NCBI GenBank assembly: GCA_037444665.1
Contig: JBBILZ010000025.1
Span: 1 to 32,702 of the forward strand
DNA: 32,702 nt
Reading direction: 5' to 3'
From: a candidate division WOR-3 bacterium
Lineage (GTDB): Bacteria > Hydrothermota > Tepidihabitantia > SM23-42 > JAOAFX01
The notes below the pieces were generated by a model that worked only from the letters and a program-made list of their open reading frames with translations, had not been told where the DNA came from and searched no databases. The position numbers were made by a program, and so were the translations under genes. Positions 1-11,038 of this stretch are shown in pieces (position 1 is the stretch's first letter; the number at the start of each line of letters is the position of its first letter).

Positions 1-47
1 TGCCTAAATGCCTAAAATCCAAAATGCCTAAATGCCTAAAAATGCAA
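1..47. repeat. Short tandem 8-9 bp repeat (TGCCTAAA-like)
   Basis: tgcctaaa tgcctaaaa tccaaaa tgcctaaa tgcctaaaa atgcaaa read directly; cut by the window edge. Confidence 0.75.
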
Positions 48-115
48 ACCTCTCTTAACATCTTCAAAGCCCTTAGTCGCCTCTTTAAGCCTTCCATTGC
101 CTCAATTTGCCCCTA

Positions 116-138
116 ATTGCCTTTTTTCCCTAACATCT
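116..138. repeat. 23-bp direct repeat, copy 1 (copy 2 at 1266-1288)
   Basis: attgccttttttccctaacatct is identical at 116-138 and 1266-1288; both lie in ~10-bp periodic gccttccatt-type tracts. Confidence 0.85.
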
Positions 139-228
139 TACATCCCCATCTTCAATCATAACAATTATACAAAAGCCATTAAAAAGTCAATCCCTAATTT
201 TTTAAAATTGCTGCTTAGAACATAATCA

Positions 229-296
229 AGGGGATTCTCCCCTTGAGAACCCCTACCCTCACCCTAACCCTCTCCCTTTAAAAAAGGAGAGGGTAT
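229..296. repeat. GC-rich palindromic repeats (ggggattctcccc; ccctcaccctaaccctctccc...ggagaggg)
   Basis: Two self-complementary hairpins; the second has the form of a widespread REP-like intergenic repeat. Confidence 0.6.
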
Positions 297-405
297 CTAT
301 GAGGAAAGTTCTCATAAAGTAATGGAAATTTTCATATCCCATTATTTAAAATATTCGCTATCTAAAAATTTGAAACCCGGAGGTCATTCTACAAATTTCA
401 TTACA

Positions 406-505
406 ACAAGATACATCAGGGGGATACCCCCTGAAACCCCCAGACATCTATAAACTTCAGGTTGTGCACCTTCATTGGTATTCCGCACACCCTGATGTAT
501 CTTGT
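406..505. repeat. 100-bp element with perfect 16-bp terminal inverted repeats (MITE-like or structured RNA)
   Basis: acaagatacatcaggg (406-421) is the reverse complement of ccctgatgtatcttgt (490-505); internal gggggataccccc hairpin. Confidence 0.65.
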
Positions 506-585
506 GATTTTTTCTTTATTTTATAATGAAAAATTTCATCATTACGTATTGGAATTTTTCAAATTCCAATGCGTTAAAATAGTGT

Positions 586-957
586 TTATTCTCTTTTTAA
601 ATCAATGGGTAATCTTCTAATCCTTACTCTCTTCCTCCCAATTACAATAATACTATTTTTAAACTCTTTTATTTTCGGCAACACATTTATAAGTAGAGCA
701 TTTATTTGATCGGTAGAATAATTCCCCACCCTGAGAATAATAACACTCGGCTCAATGTCCTTAGTATATGCAATTATTGAACCAAAATCTAAATCTTCAG
801 TGAGTATCGTATATCCATTTTCTTTAGCAAAATTTACTATTTCTTCATCGGTGGCGTCTGCCATTTGAAATTCAGTAATATGATAACACTCAAAGCCGTG
901 CTGCCTCAAAAATTGAACTGTCCGTAGTGATATCGGTGCATCTGCAAGGATTACCAT
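586..957 (-). CDS. DUF5615 family PIN-like toxin (VapC45-like)
   Basis: MVILADAPIS, ATDEEI, LTEDLDFG, VIILR and RVRIRRLPI motifs; 123 aa; overlaps the DUF433 gene by 1 nt. Confidence 0.85.
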   Translation of the reverse strand: MVILADAPISLRTVQFLRQHGFECYHITEFQMADATDEEIVNFAKENGYTILTEDLDFGSIIAYTKDIEPSVIILRVGNYSTDQINALLINVLPKIKEFKNSIIVIGRKRVRIRRLPIDLKRE

Positions 958-1181
958 TAAGTTACTTCAACAATTTCTTCCTGAATTATCCAGGCTGAAT
1001 ATTTTATTGCTTGTAGAATATCCTCACGCTCAAGATATGGATAATCTTTCAGTATCTCTTCAATAGACATGCCGGTGGCAAGCAAATCTAATACCTTTGA
1101 GACCGGAAATCGCATCCCGCGGATACAGGGTTTGCCATTAAAAATTCTGGGGTCAATGGTAATCCTATCAAATTGTATCAT
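957..1181 (-). CDS. DUF433 family antitoxin (VapB45-like)
   Basis: RITIDPRIFNGKPCIRGMRFPV...EEILKDYPYLEREDILQAIKY signature; AAGGAG RBS upstream. Confidence 0.92.
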   Translation of the reverse strand: MIQFDRITIDPRIFNGKPCIRGMRFPVSKVLDLLATGMSIEEILKDYPYLEREDILQAIKYSAWIIQEEIVEVT

Positions 1182-1198
1182 ATTTTTCTCCTTAAATT

Positions 1199-1226
1199 AT
1201 TATAAACATTTCATTCGTAAAATCAA
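1199..1226 (-). promoter_or_regulatory. Sigma70-type promoter of the toxin-antitoxin operon
   Basis: TTGATT-N16-TATAAT on the minus strand. Confidence 0.65.
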
Positions 1227-1265
1227 GGGGTAAAATTCTAAATTCTCTTTTTTTCATTGCCTTCC

Positions 1266-1288
1266 ATTGCCTTTTTTCCCTAACATCT
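1266..1288. repeat. 23-bp direct repeat, copy 2
   Basis: Identical to 116-138. Confidence 0.85.
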
Positions 1289-1400
1289 CACCCTTCTTTT
1301 ATTTTACTACAGATTATTACTAATGTCAATATAGAAATTTAAATGATTTGTGGGTTATAAAAATATCTAAACAATCTGTTCAATGTGAAAGAGGGAGGTG

Positions 1401-1549
1401 GAGACCCTGAAACAAGTCTGTCCTGGCGCAGGCCAGGGTTCAGGGTGACAAAAAAGAATATTGTCATGCTGAACTTGTTTCAGCATCTCTTTTGTGCGAT
1501 GAATTGCACTGCTACAAATGTCATTGCGAGCCGGAGGCGAAGCAATCTC
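1401..1549. repeat. Cluster of three TGTCA...TCTC REP-like palindromes
   Basis: 1401-1450 (minus orientation, with a 22-nt hairpin insert); 1462-1489 tgtcatgctgaacttgtttcagcatctc; 1519-1549 tgtcattgcgagccggaggcgaagcaatctc. Confidence 0.75.
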
Positions 1550-1600
1550 ATTTTCAGTGTTAATCTGTGTAATTGAAATTTGATTATTGGAATTTGGTTG

Positions 1601-1661
1601 TCTGCCTGAGGCAGATCCGCCTTTTTCCGCCCGAGGCGGATTCGCCTCTGGCGAAGGCGGA
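1601..1661. repeat. Nested double-hairpin repeats (TCYGCCYGAGGCRGAT...) within a 7-bp periodic GGATTT-type tract
   Basis: Outer tctgcctgaggcagatccgcct...ggcgga contains an inner tccgcccgaggcggattcgcctctggcgaa (1626-1655). Confidence 0.7.
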
Positions 1662-1723
1662 GGATTTGGTGCCTGGGATTTGGGACTTCATCAGAAAGGG
1701 GAGAGGATTCAGGGAAGTGTTGC

Positions 1724-1751
1724 TTGACTTTTTTCAAAATTAGACTATATT
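1724..1751 (+). promoter_or_regulatory. Sigma70-type promoter of asnS (likely leaderless)
   Basis: TTGACT-N16-TATATT, ATG 6 nt downstream, no RBS. Confidence 0.65.
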
Positions 1752-1757
1752 TATGCT

Positions 1758-3047
1758 ATGCAAGTTTATATTGAAGATATTGGAAAGTATGATGGCAAAG
1801 AGATAGAAATTAAGGGCTGGCTCTATAATAAGCGTTCAAGCGGAAAAGTAAGATTTTTATTAATAAGGGATGGCACTGGAATAGTTCAGTCGGTTATCAG
1901 TGAAGGTGAGGTAGATAAAAAAATTTTTGAAACCGCAGATAAAATTAGCCAGGAATCATCTGTCATTATAAAAGGATTTGTGCGCCAGGATAAAAGGGCG
2001 CCTGGTGGATATGAAATTGTTGCGACCGATTTAAGAATTGTGCAACTGGCAGAAGATTACCCCATCACGCCAAAAGAACATTCAATTGAATTTCTTTTGC
2101 CAATTCGGCATCTCTGGATTCGTTCTAAAAAACAGCATGCCATATTAAGAATCAGGCATACAGTGATCAAGGCAATAAGAGATTTTTTTGATGAGCGCGG
2201 ATTTATTAATGCTGATACGCCAATTCTCACACCAGCATCAGTGGAAGGAACAACAACACTTTTTCCGGTTGATTATTATGGAGAGACCGTTTATCTGACC
2301 CAGAGCGGGCAGTTGTATAATGAAGCAACTGCTATGGCACTGGGTAAGGTCTATTGTTTTGGTCCCACATTCCGGGCAGAAAAATCAAAGACACGCAGAC
2401 ATCTGACCGAATTCTGGATGGTTGAACCAGAGGTTGCATATTTAGAACTTGATGGACTTATGGAACTTGAGGAAGATTTTGTAATCTATATTGTTGAAAG
2501 GGTTCTGGAAAAAAGAAAGGAAGAACTGAAAATCTTAGAAAGGGATATCAAAAAACTTGAAAATATCAAAAAACCATTTCCTAAGATAAGTTATAAAGAG
2601 GCAGTAGAATTGATAAACAAGAAGGATAAAGAATTTAAATATGGAGAGGATTTTGGTGCCCCTCAAGAAACCTTGATCAGTGAGAGTTTTGAGCGACCCG
2701 TGATGGTGCATCATTATCCTGCGGCTTGCAAGGCTTTTTATATGAAAAGGGATTCTGCTGATGATTCATTATCCTTGAGTGTTGATATGATTGCACCTGA
2801 AGGCTATGGTGAAATCATTGGTGGTGGCCAGCGTGAAGACAATTATGAAATTCTGTTGAAAAGAATAAAAGAGAACAGACTGCCTGAGGAAGCATATCGC
2901 TGGTATCTTGATTTGCGAAAATTTGGCACCTGTCCCCATAGCGGTTTTGGTCTTGGTCTGGAAAGGACAGTTGCCTGGATTTGTAAAATTGCTCATGTAA
3001 GAGAGACCATTCCTTTTCCCAGAATGCTGGAAAAAATCTATCCGTAA
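1758..3047 (+). CDS. asnS: Asparagine--tRNA ligase
   Basis: OB-fold N-terminus ([11 protein letters not shown]); [44 protein letters not shown] and [11 protein letters not shown] class IIb motifs. Confidence 0.95.
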   Translation: MQVYIEDIGKYDGKEIEIKGWLYNKRSSGKVRFLLIRDGTGIVQSVISEGEVDKKIFETADKISQESSVIIKGFVRQDKRAPGGYEIVATDLRIVQLAEDYPITPKEHSIEFLLPIRHLWIRSKKQHAILRIRHTVIKAIRDFFDERGFINADTPILTPASVEGTTTLFPVDYYGETVYLTQSGQLYNEATAMALGKVYCFGPTFRAEKSKTRRHLTEFWMVEPEVAYLELDGLMELEEDFVIYIVERVLEKRKEELKILERDIKKLENIKKPFPKISYKEAVELINKKDKEFKYGEDFGAPQETLISESFERPVMVHHYPAACKAFYMKRDSADDSLSLSVDMIAPEGYGEIIGGGQREDNYEILLKRIKENRLPEEAYRWYLDLRKFGTCPHSGFGLGLERTVAWICKIAHVRETIPFPRMLEKIYP

Positions 3048-3188
3048 TAAAGACCATAAATCTCACTATTGCTCGGATAAATCCGAATAGCCTATTGTAA
3101 ATCGTTACCGAAACGCTCAAATCTTTTTTTACTGCTGATGCGCAAAACTTGATTTTGCAATTTTCAGTTTCAGGTGTGTAGTCTATCC

Positions 3189-4610
3189 TTAAAAATTAAA
3201 TGATTCAGAAAAATTAAATTCAAAACCTTCTGGATAATACTCACCGCGTTCTTTGTTCAGAATATATTTCCCTTTATATTCTTTTTTGATTATTTTTTTC
3301 AACATTTTTATGAATTGGTCAATTTCATCCTTTGTATTATAGATGCCAAAACTTATTCTCACTGCTCCTGGTATCTCAGAACGGTCTCTGTTGATAATCA
3401 TTTTTTCAATCCTCTTTGCATCTTCAGGTGATACACCGAGCAGACATTTTACATACGGATGGGCGCAGAAACAACCATTGCGCACGCCAATGCCTCCTTC
3501 ATAGCTCAGGATTGCAGAAACCAGTGCGTGGTCCATACCTTTTATATTAAATGCAATCACACCGAGTCTTTTATGTGCATTCTTTGGCTTGTTGTCACCA
3601 TAGATAATCACCTCGGGTAATTCATTCAATCGTTTGAGTGCATATTTGGTCAATTTCGTTTCGTGTTTTATAATCTGGTCAAAACCAACAGATTGAATTA
3701 ATTTAATCACTTCAGCAAGTGCGACCACACCGACGATATCCGGTGTTCCTGCTTCTTCTCTTTCTGGCAGGTCCTTCCAATAGGCACTTTCCAGGTCAAC
3801 GATATCCGCAGTGCCACCACCTACATCATCAGGTGTACCGAATTGGAATGCTGATTTATCACCCACGAGAACTCCAATTCCATAGGGTGCATACATTTTG
3901 TGCGCGGAGAATGAGAGATAGTCAATGTGTTCAGGGTCGGCTTTTGGTTTTACATCAATAGGACGATGGGGTGCTAATTGTGCCGCATCAACTGCAATTT
4001 GGGTTCCTGCTTCATGAACCTTGCGTGCATATTCATATATGGGATTGATGTAGCCGGTTACATTAGACGCACCACTTATTGCTACAAGTTGCAATTTACC
4101 AGCATACTTTTTGAGCTTTTCATAGAAATCGTTATTGTTAATCGTTCCGTCCGGATTCAGTTCTATATGGATGACCTGGGCGACCTTGCGCCAGGGAAGT
4201 TCATTTGAGTGATGTTCCATAATTGTTGTCAGAACAATGGGTTTTTCTTTGCCCATTGCCGGGCATTGGAATCGGCTGGAGAGTTTATTTATCGCTTCCG
4301 TTGTATTTTTGCAGAATATTACACAACAATGTTCATCAGCATGGACAAAATCGGCAATTATTTTTCTTGCCTCTTCAAAGACCCAGGACGAGAGTTGTGA
4401 TTTAAATCCTGTGCCGCGGTGCACATTTGAATACCATTTTAAAAATTCACCGATTTTTTTCTGAACTGGTAATAATGCAGGTGTACTGGCTGCATTATCA
4501 AAATTTATATATCTTTTTCTGGAGCCATCAAGCAGAGGAACTTCTTCATTGACTCCAATTATCTGTTTTGCCAGTTTTTTTAATGTAATATTATAATTTT
4601 TGCCAGACAT
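3189..4610 (-). CDS. Class V PLP aminotransferase / cysteine desulfurase-like protein
   Basis: INFDNAAST, YSNVHRG, MEHHSNELPW, VDAAQ, SAHKMYAPYG (PLP Lys) and VRNGCFCAHP; start moved to ATG 4610 (MSGKNY), overlapping the comM 3' end. Confidence 0.9.
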   Translation of the reverse strand: MSGKNYNITLKKLAKQIIGVNEEVPLLDGSRKRYINFDNAASTPALLPVQKKIGEFLKWYSNVHRGTGFKSQLSSWVFEEARKIIADFVHADEHCCVIFCKNTTEAINKLSSRFQCPAMGKEKPIVLTTIMEHHSNELPWRKVAQVIHIELNPDGTINNNDFYEKLKKYAGKLQLVAISGASNVTGYINPIYEYARKVHEAGTQIAVDAAQLAPHRPIDVKPKADPEHIDYLSFSAHKMYAPYGIGVLVGDKSAFQFGTPDDVGGGTADIVDLESAYWKDLPEREEAGTPDIVGVVALAEVIKLIQSVGFDQIIKHETKLTKYALKRLNELPEVIIYGDNKPKNAHKRLGVIAFNIKGMDHALVSAILSYEGGIGVRNGCFCAHPYVKCLLGVSPEDAKRIEKMIINRDRSEIPGAVRISFGIYNTKDEIDQFIKMLKKIIKKEYKGKYILNKERGEYYPEGFEFNFSESFNF

Positions 4611-6135
4611 CTTTATCAAGACTCCTGTATTGTATTGCTTCAGCAATATGCTGAACTTTAATATTTTCTGCTGATTCAAGGTCAGCAATGGTCCTTGCTA
4701 CTTTAAGTATCTTATCATAGGCACGGGCAGAGAGTCCAAATTTCTCTATTGCGGTTTTGAGCAGGCTCTGGGATTCATCGTCTATGGGACAGAATTTTTT
4801 AATATCCTTTGTTTCCATATGGGCATTACAGAAAATCTTTCTTTTGGTTTCTTTGAATCTGTTCAATTGTGCTTCGCGTGCTCTATTTACCCGCTTTTTA
4901 ATTTCTTCAGACGGTTCGCCAGCTTGTGCAGATTTTAACTCGTCATATTTCAGTGAAGGGACTTCAATATGGATATCAATGCGGTCAAGCAGTGGTCCTG
5001 ATATCTTTGCCCGATAATGCTGGATTTGAACTGGTGTGCAACGACATTCATGATAGGGGTCAGTGAAATAGCCACAGGGACACGGATTCATTGCCGCTGC
5101 CAGCATAAACCTTGCAGGATAGGTGAGGGTCACTTTTGCCCGACCGATTGTGACCGAACCATCCTCAAGCGGCTGGCGTAAGACCTCAAGGACATTTTTG
5201 TGAAATTCGGGTAGTTCATCAAGAAATAATACACCATTATGTGCTAATGAGACTTCACCGGGTTTGGGAATATGGCCACCACCAATTATGCCTGCATCAG
5301 AGATTGTATGATGGGGTGCACGGAAGGGTCTTGTGCCGATTAATGATTCACCTGCAGGAAGTGTGCCGGCAACCGAATGAATCTTGGTCGTTTCCAATGC
5401 TTCTAAGAGTGTCATCGGTGGCAAGATTGTCACCAGCCTGCGGGCAAGCATTGTTTTGCCAGTCCCAGGTGGTCCAATCATTAAAATATTATGTCCTCCA
5501 GCAGCAGCAATCTCAAGGGCTCTTTTCGCATGATACTGCCCTTTGACCTCGGCAAAATCAAACGGATATTTTGAAACTGCCTTGAAGATTGCTTCTCTGT
5601 CTACAACTACTGGATTGATTTGAAGTTCACCATTTAAAAATGCTACAACTTCAATAAGGTTGTCAAATCCATAGACATTTATCCCTTCAACAATTGCTGC
5701 CTCACGGGCATTTGCTGTGGGAACTATCAAACCCTCAAGTCTGTTTGCCTGTGCAGCAAGGGAGATGGAGATTGCACCTTTAATTGGCCTTAACGAACCA
5801 TCAAGGGATAATTCACCGAGAATGGCAAACCGCTCAAGACTATTTGTTCTAACAGTCTGGGATGCGGCAAGGATCCCAATGGCGATGGGCAGGTCAAAAC
5901 TTGACCCTTCTTTTTTTATATCTGCCGGTGCTAAATTTACTGTTATTCTCTTTGAAGGAAAGTGAAAACCCGCATTCTTTATCGCTGCATACACGCGGTC
6001 TTTTGATTCCTTTACTGCATTATCAGGCAGTCCAACTGTAGTAAAACCAGGAAGTCCTCCTGATAAATCTACCTCAACATTTACCAGGTAGCCATCTATT
6101 CCGTATGTAGCACAGGACAATACCCTTGAGAGCAT
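4591..6135 (-). CDS. comM: YifB/ComM Mg-chelatase-like AAA+ ATPase
   Basis: VGLPDNAVKES, ITVNLAPADIKKEGSSFDLPIA, Walker A GPPGTGKT, PFRAPHH, LFLDELPEF, AMNPCPCG and SGPLLDRID. Confidence 0.95.
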   Translation of the reverse strand: MLSRVLSCATYGIDGYLVNVEVDLSGGLPGFTTVGLPDNAVKESKDRVYAAIKNAGFHFPSKRITVNLAPADIKKEGSSFDLPIAIGILAASQTVRTNSLERFAILGELSLDGSLRPIKGAISISLAAQANRLEGLIVPTANAREAAIVEGINVYGFDNLIEVVAFLNGELQINPVVVDREAIFKAVSKYPFDFAEVKGQYHAKRALEIAAAGGHNILMIGPPGTGKTMLARRLVTILPPMTLLEALETTKIHSVAGTLPAGESLIGTRPFRAPHHTISDAGIIGGGHIPKPGEVSLAHNGVLFLDELPEFHKNVLEVLRQPLEDGSVTIGRAKVTLTYPARFMLAAAMNPCPCGYFTDPYHECRCTPVQIQHYRAKISGPLLDRIDIHIEVPSLKYDELKSAQAGEPSEEIKKRVNRAREAQLNRFKETKRKIFCNAHMETKDIKKFCPIDDESQSLLKTAIEKFGLSARAYDKILKVARTIADLESAENIKVQHIAEAIQYRSLDKDVWQKL

Positions 6136-6140
6136 AGCCG

Positions 6141-6168
6141 ATTATATACAAATAAATTTTTGTGTCAA
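6141..6168 (-). promoter_or_regulatory. Sigma70-type promoter of comM (leaderless)
   Basis: Perfect TTGACA-N16-TATAAT, ATG 5 nt downstream. Confidence 0.75.
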
Positions 6169-6192
6169 CAATATTTTATAAATAATTTTTTG

Positions 6193-6684
6193 CTATTTCA
6201 AGCCTTCAGGCAGTGGGTCAATGACCAGTTGAATTGTAGTACGACGCGCCCGCGAATAGTTGTTGTAACTTGAGAATTCATAATCGCCCGGGTCTTTTGC
6301 TAATCCCCTGGTAACTGGCTGGTTATGGATATAATCAAGATGTTGTTTTAATTGTTCCGCATTCTCTACAAGTTCTGCATCAAAACTTTGAGACCAGACA
6401 GTCCCTTCGCGCTTCTTTACTTCGTTGAATTTACGAGCGAAATTCCCTTTAATCAATTTCATAATCTTTGATACAGTAAACATCTTACCTGGTTGAATGA
6501 TGAGATAGAAAGATTCAGGCATAATCAGATATCCAAATATTTTGTAATTGAGCATATAACGGTGATAGCCAATGGATAGCAATAAGAACCGCGACCAGTG
6601 TGGGTCATTAAAGATTTCAATACAGTCCTTGGTTGTGGTCCAGATGTAGTATATTGCACCGGGTTTTATAACTCTTTTGGGCAT
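6193..6684 (-). CDS. REP-associated tyrosine transposase (RAYT/Y1_Tnp) homolog with a degenerate HUH motif
   Basis: Follows the RAYT pattern PG-x-YYI-x-T, YLIMP, SKIMKLIKG-x-FAR-x-FN, GTVW, YIH-x-x-PV-x-RGL, P-x-DY-x-FSSY; but MP[ND]H-x-H reads MPESFY. Confidence 0.85.
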   Translation of the reverse strand: MPKRVIKPGAIYYIWTTTKDCIEIFNDPHWSRFLLLSIGYHRYMLNYKIFGYLIMPESFYLIIQPGKMFTVSKIMKLIKGNFARKFNEVKKREGTVWSQSFDAELVENAEQLKQHLDYIHNQPVTRGLAKDPGDYEFSSYNNYSRARRTTIQLVIDPLPEGLK

Positions 6685-6692
6685 AATACCCC

Positions 6693-7760
6693 CTATTCTA
6701 AGATTTGTTCCATTACATCCCGATTCAAATTTTTTACAATCAAGGTGGTCAATTTTAATAGATTTTCATAATCTTCATAAGAGATGATACTCGCTGCAGA
6801 ATGCACATAACGCGTGGGAATACCGAGTGCCAGACTCGGGACGCCAAAATTAGTAAGGTGAATTGCACCTGTATCATAACCACCCTTGATTGATGTGAGA
6901 TGGTATGGAATATTATTTGTTTCTGCGAGTTCTATTACAAAATCACGCAGTTTTTTGTGGGGAATCATTGTCCGGTCATAGACCAGAATTGCCACACCGG
7001 CACCGAGTTTTTCTATTGTGTCTGCGCCATTGCCAGGTGTATCACGGCAGATACTGACATCAATGGCAAAGGCGAAGTCGGGCTGAATTAATGATGCAGA
7101 GGTCCGTGCGCCTCTTAATCCTACCTCTTCTTGAACCGTACCCACTAAAAAGACTTTATTGGAATGGTCAATTGCAACCAATTCATCCAACATATCAACG
7201 AGTAATGCACAGCCCATCCTGTCATCCCATGCCTTGGCAAGCAAAAGATCATTGTTTGACATCTGTTCAAAGGGCCCTACTGGTATTATCGGGTCGCCGG
7301 GCTTAATCCCTAATTTCTCTACGGGCTGAAAATTTTTGGTGGCACCCACATCAATATACATCTGTTCAAGTTCAGGCATTTTTCTTCGTTCTTCTGGAGA
7401 GAGTTCATGGATTGGTTTTAAACCGATAACACCCGGGATTAACTCCCCTTTTTTGTTTTTTATCTTGACCCGCATACCAGGAAGATTGCCATCCCACCAT
7501 CCACCTATCGGTAGAAATTTTATATATCCATCCTTGGTTATTTCTTTGACCATAAAACCAATCTCATCCATATGTGCCGCAAACATAATTTTGGGGGCAT
7601 CATTTGTGCCATCTTTCTGGGCAATAACACTGCCGATTCGGTCCCTCAAAACCCTTGTATGTTTTGCAAATTTCTTTTTCAGTATCTCCACAACATCATC
7701 CTCATACCCCGAGATACCGAATATCTCAGACATCTCCTTTAAAGTTTGCAGATGATTCAT
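6693..7760 (-). CDS. M42 family metallo-aminopeptidase (TET/FrvX-like)
   Basis: GISGYE, AAHMDEIG, KAWDDRMG, VQEEVGLRGA, AIDV and IPTRYVHS motifs. Confidence 0.93.
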   Translation of the reverse strand: MNHLQTLKEMSEIFGISGYEDDVVEILKKKFAKHTRVLRDRIGSVIAQKDGTNDAPKIMFAAHMDEIGFMVKEITKDGYIKFLPIGGWWDGNLPGMRVKIKNKKGELIPGVIGLKPIHELSPEERRKMPELEQMYIDVGATKNFQPVEKLGIKPGDPIIPVGPFEQMSNNDLLLAKAWDDRMGCALLVDMLDELVAIDHSNKVFLVGTVQEEVGLRGARTSASLIQPDFAFAIDVSICRDTPGNGADTIEKLGAGVAILVYDRTMIPHKKLRDFVIELAETNNIPYHLTSIKGGYDTGAIHLTNFGVPSLALGIPTRYVHSAASIISYEDYENLLKLTTLIVKNLNRDVMEQILE

Positions 7761-7769
7761 TTTACCCCC

Positions 7770-9689
<1,920 letters not shown>

Positions 9690-9995
9690 TTACTCCTTAG
9701 ATTGACCTCCTTTTTCAATAATAAATTTTATATCTTTTAAATTTGCTCCTGATTTATTAAATCGCTCAATTATTTTATTTTTCAATAAGAATAATTGTGC
9801 CTGCCATACAGGATTATCAACCACAACAAAAAGGGTTGCCTCATTAATATTTATTGCACGGGCATGCTGGGCAATCTTATCTCCTACAATCTGGGGCCAG
9901 AGTTGGACGAGCTGTATATCCTTAAGACGGTCTTCCAGATTCATAGACTTTAAAACCTGGGGAAGTATTTTATTAATTCGCTGTGGATAACGCAA
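9690..9995 (-). CDS. dciA: DUF721 / DciA helicase-loader family protein
   Basis: WPQIVGDKIAQH...LFVVVDNPVWQAQL motif; lies between recF and gyrB; start uncertain (TTG 9995 after GAGGT, or ATG 10013). Confidence 0.8.
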   Translation of the reverse strand: MRYPQRINKILPQVLKSMNLEDRLKDIQLVQLWPQIVGDKIAQHARAININEATLFVVVDNPVWQAQLFLLKNKIIERFNKSGANLKDIKFIIEKGGQSKE

Positions 9996-11031
9996 TGTTA
10001 CCTCTTTGAACATTAAATGTTGCTTTATTGGTCCAATTAATATCATCAGGATGCTGGACTGTTGCGTAAAAAACCTGACCTTTTATTAAATCAAAAAAAT
10101 TCTGCTCGTGTATTTTATCAAGTTCTATTGTCACCTCATCAAGGAGATATATTGGCTGGTCGTTTTTCAATTGTTGAATAATATCGGCTTCAGTCAATTT
10201 CAAAATTAATGCGAGCATTCTGCATTCACCTTCTGAGGCAAAATTTCGGGCAGGTTTGCTATCAATGGTAATATAAAGGTCATCACGGTGTGGTCCAATA
10301 ATTGTTTCACCCCTTTTTGTTTCCAGTGCTTCGTTCTTTTTTATCAGTTCTAAATTCATCTCCATCTCAGGGCAGGAACTCAGGTACTCAAGTGAAATGT
10401 TAGGCAAACCCATATTAATACCTTTTTGTTTGACGTTTTCCTGGAGCATGGGCAGGACCTGGCTCCGTTCTTTATAGATTGCATTTCCCCATAAAATAAG
10501 TTGTTCATTGTATGTGTCAAGGAGTGAGGTATTTTTTTCTTTTATAGACTGCTGGAGAAAACAGTTCCGCTGACGCAATACTTTACGATACTCTGAAAGA
10601 TCCGCACCATAAACAGGATTCAATTTGATTAAGAGCCAGTCCAGAAAATTTCTGCGCAGTGCCGGCGCACCTCTGATAATCCAGATGTCATTAAGGGACA
10701 TCGTGATTACTGAGAGCCAGCCCGCATAATCAGCAAGCCGATTCTTTTCATTTCCATTGAGTGTATATCTCTTCACACCATTATAAAAAATACTTCCGGT
10801 ACTGCCATTAGAAATTCCAGTGACCCGCAGGTATGGGCTATTAAATTTCACAAGATTTTTTTCATCACTGGTCCGAAAAGATATACCATAGGCGGAAAAA
10901 AAGATTGCCTCCAAAAGATTGGTTTTACCTGCACCATTTTCACCGGTAATTAGATTAAAACCATCGCAAAAACAGAGCTCGTTATCAGTAAGATTGCGAA
11001 ATCCTTCAAACTCAATTTTGTGTAGTATCAT
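9973..11031 (-). CDS. recF: DNA replication/repair protein RecF
   Basis: FRNL, GENGAGKTNLLEAI, P-x-x-RR-x-FLD, GPHRDDL, ASEGE and LLDEV-x-x-ELD. Confidence 0.93.
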   Translation of the reverse strand: MILHKIEFEGFRNLTDNELCFCDGFNLITGENGAGKTNLLEAIFFSAYGISFRTSDEKNLVKFNSPYLRVTGISNGSTGSIFYNGVKRYTLNGNEKNRLADYAGWLSVITMSLNDIWIIRGAPALRRNFLDWLLIKLNPVYGADLSEYRKVLRQRNCFLQQSIKEKNTSLLDTYNEQLILWGNAIYKERSQVLPMLQENVKQKGINMGLPNISLEYLSSCPEMEMNLELIKKNEALETKRGETIIGPHRDDLYITIDSKPARNFASEGECRMLALILKLTEADIIQQLKNDQPIYLLDEVTIELDKIHEQNFFDLIKGQVFYATVQHPDDINWTNKATFNVQRGNIALSTAN

Positions 11032-11038
11032 TACTATA

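Noticed and set aside
1..1690. Possible CRISPR array or integron attC array in the repeat-rich left end
   Set aside because: No constant repeat with regular unique spacers, no cas or integrase gene, and no clear RYYYAAC/GTTRRRY-bounded sites.
1385..1737. ORFs 1385-1576 (+) and 1480-1737 (-)
   Set aside because: Translations of palindromic repeats with no protein-like motifs.
4611..4688. N-terminal extension of the aminotransferase in the ORF track
   Set aside because: It lies wholly inside comM; ATG 4610 gives a conventional short overlap.
6193..6684. Active IS200/IS605 element
   Set aside because: No tnpB, no terminal hairpins, HUH lost, and tight operon spacing.
9982..9990. Perfect DnaA box (TTATCCACA, minus strand) in the recF/dciA overlap
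   Set aside because: A single box inside coding sequence. Another occurs within the last gene (~32477). There is no cluster or unwinding element, so it is not evidence of oriC.
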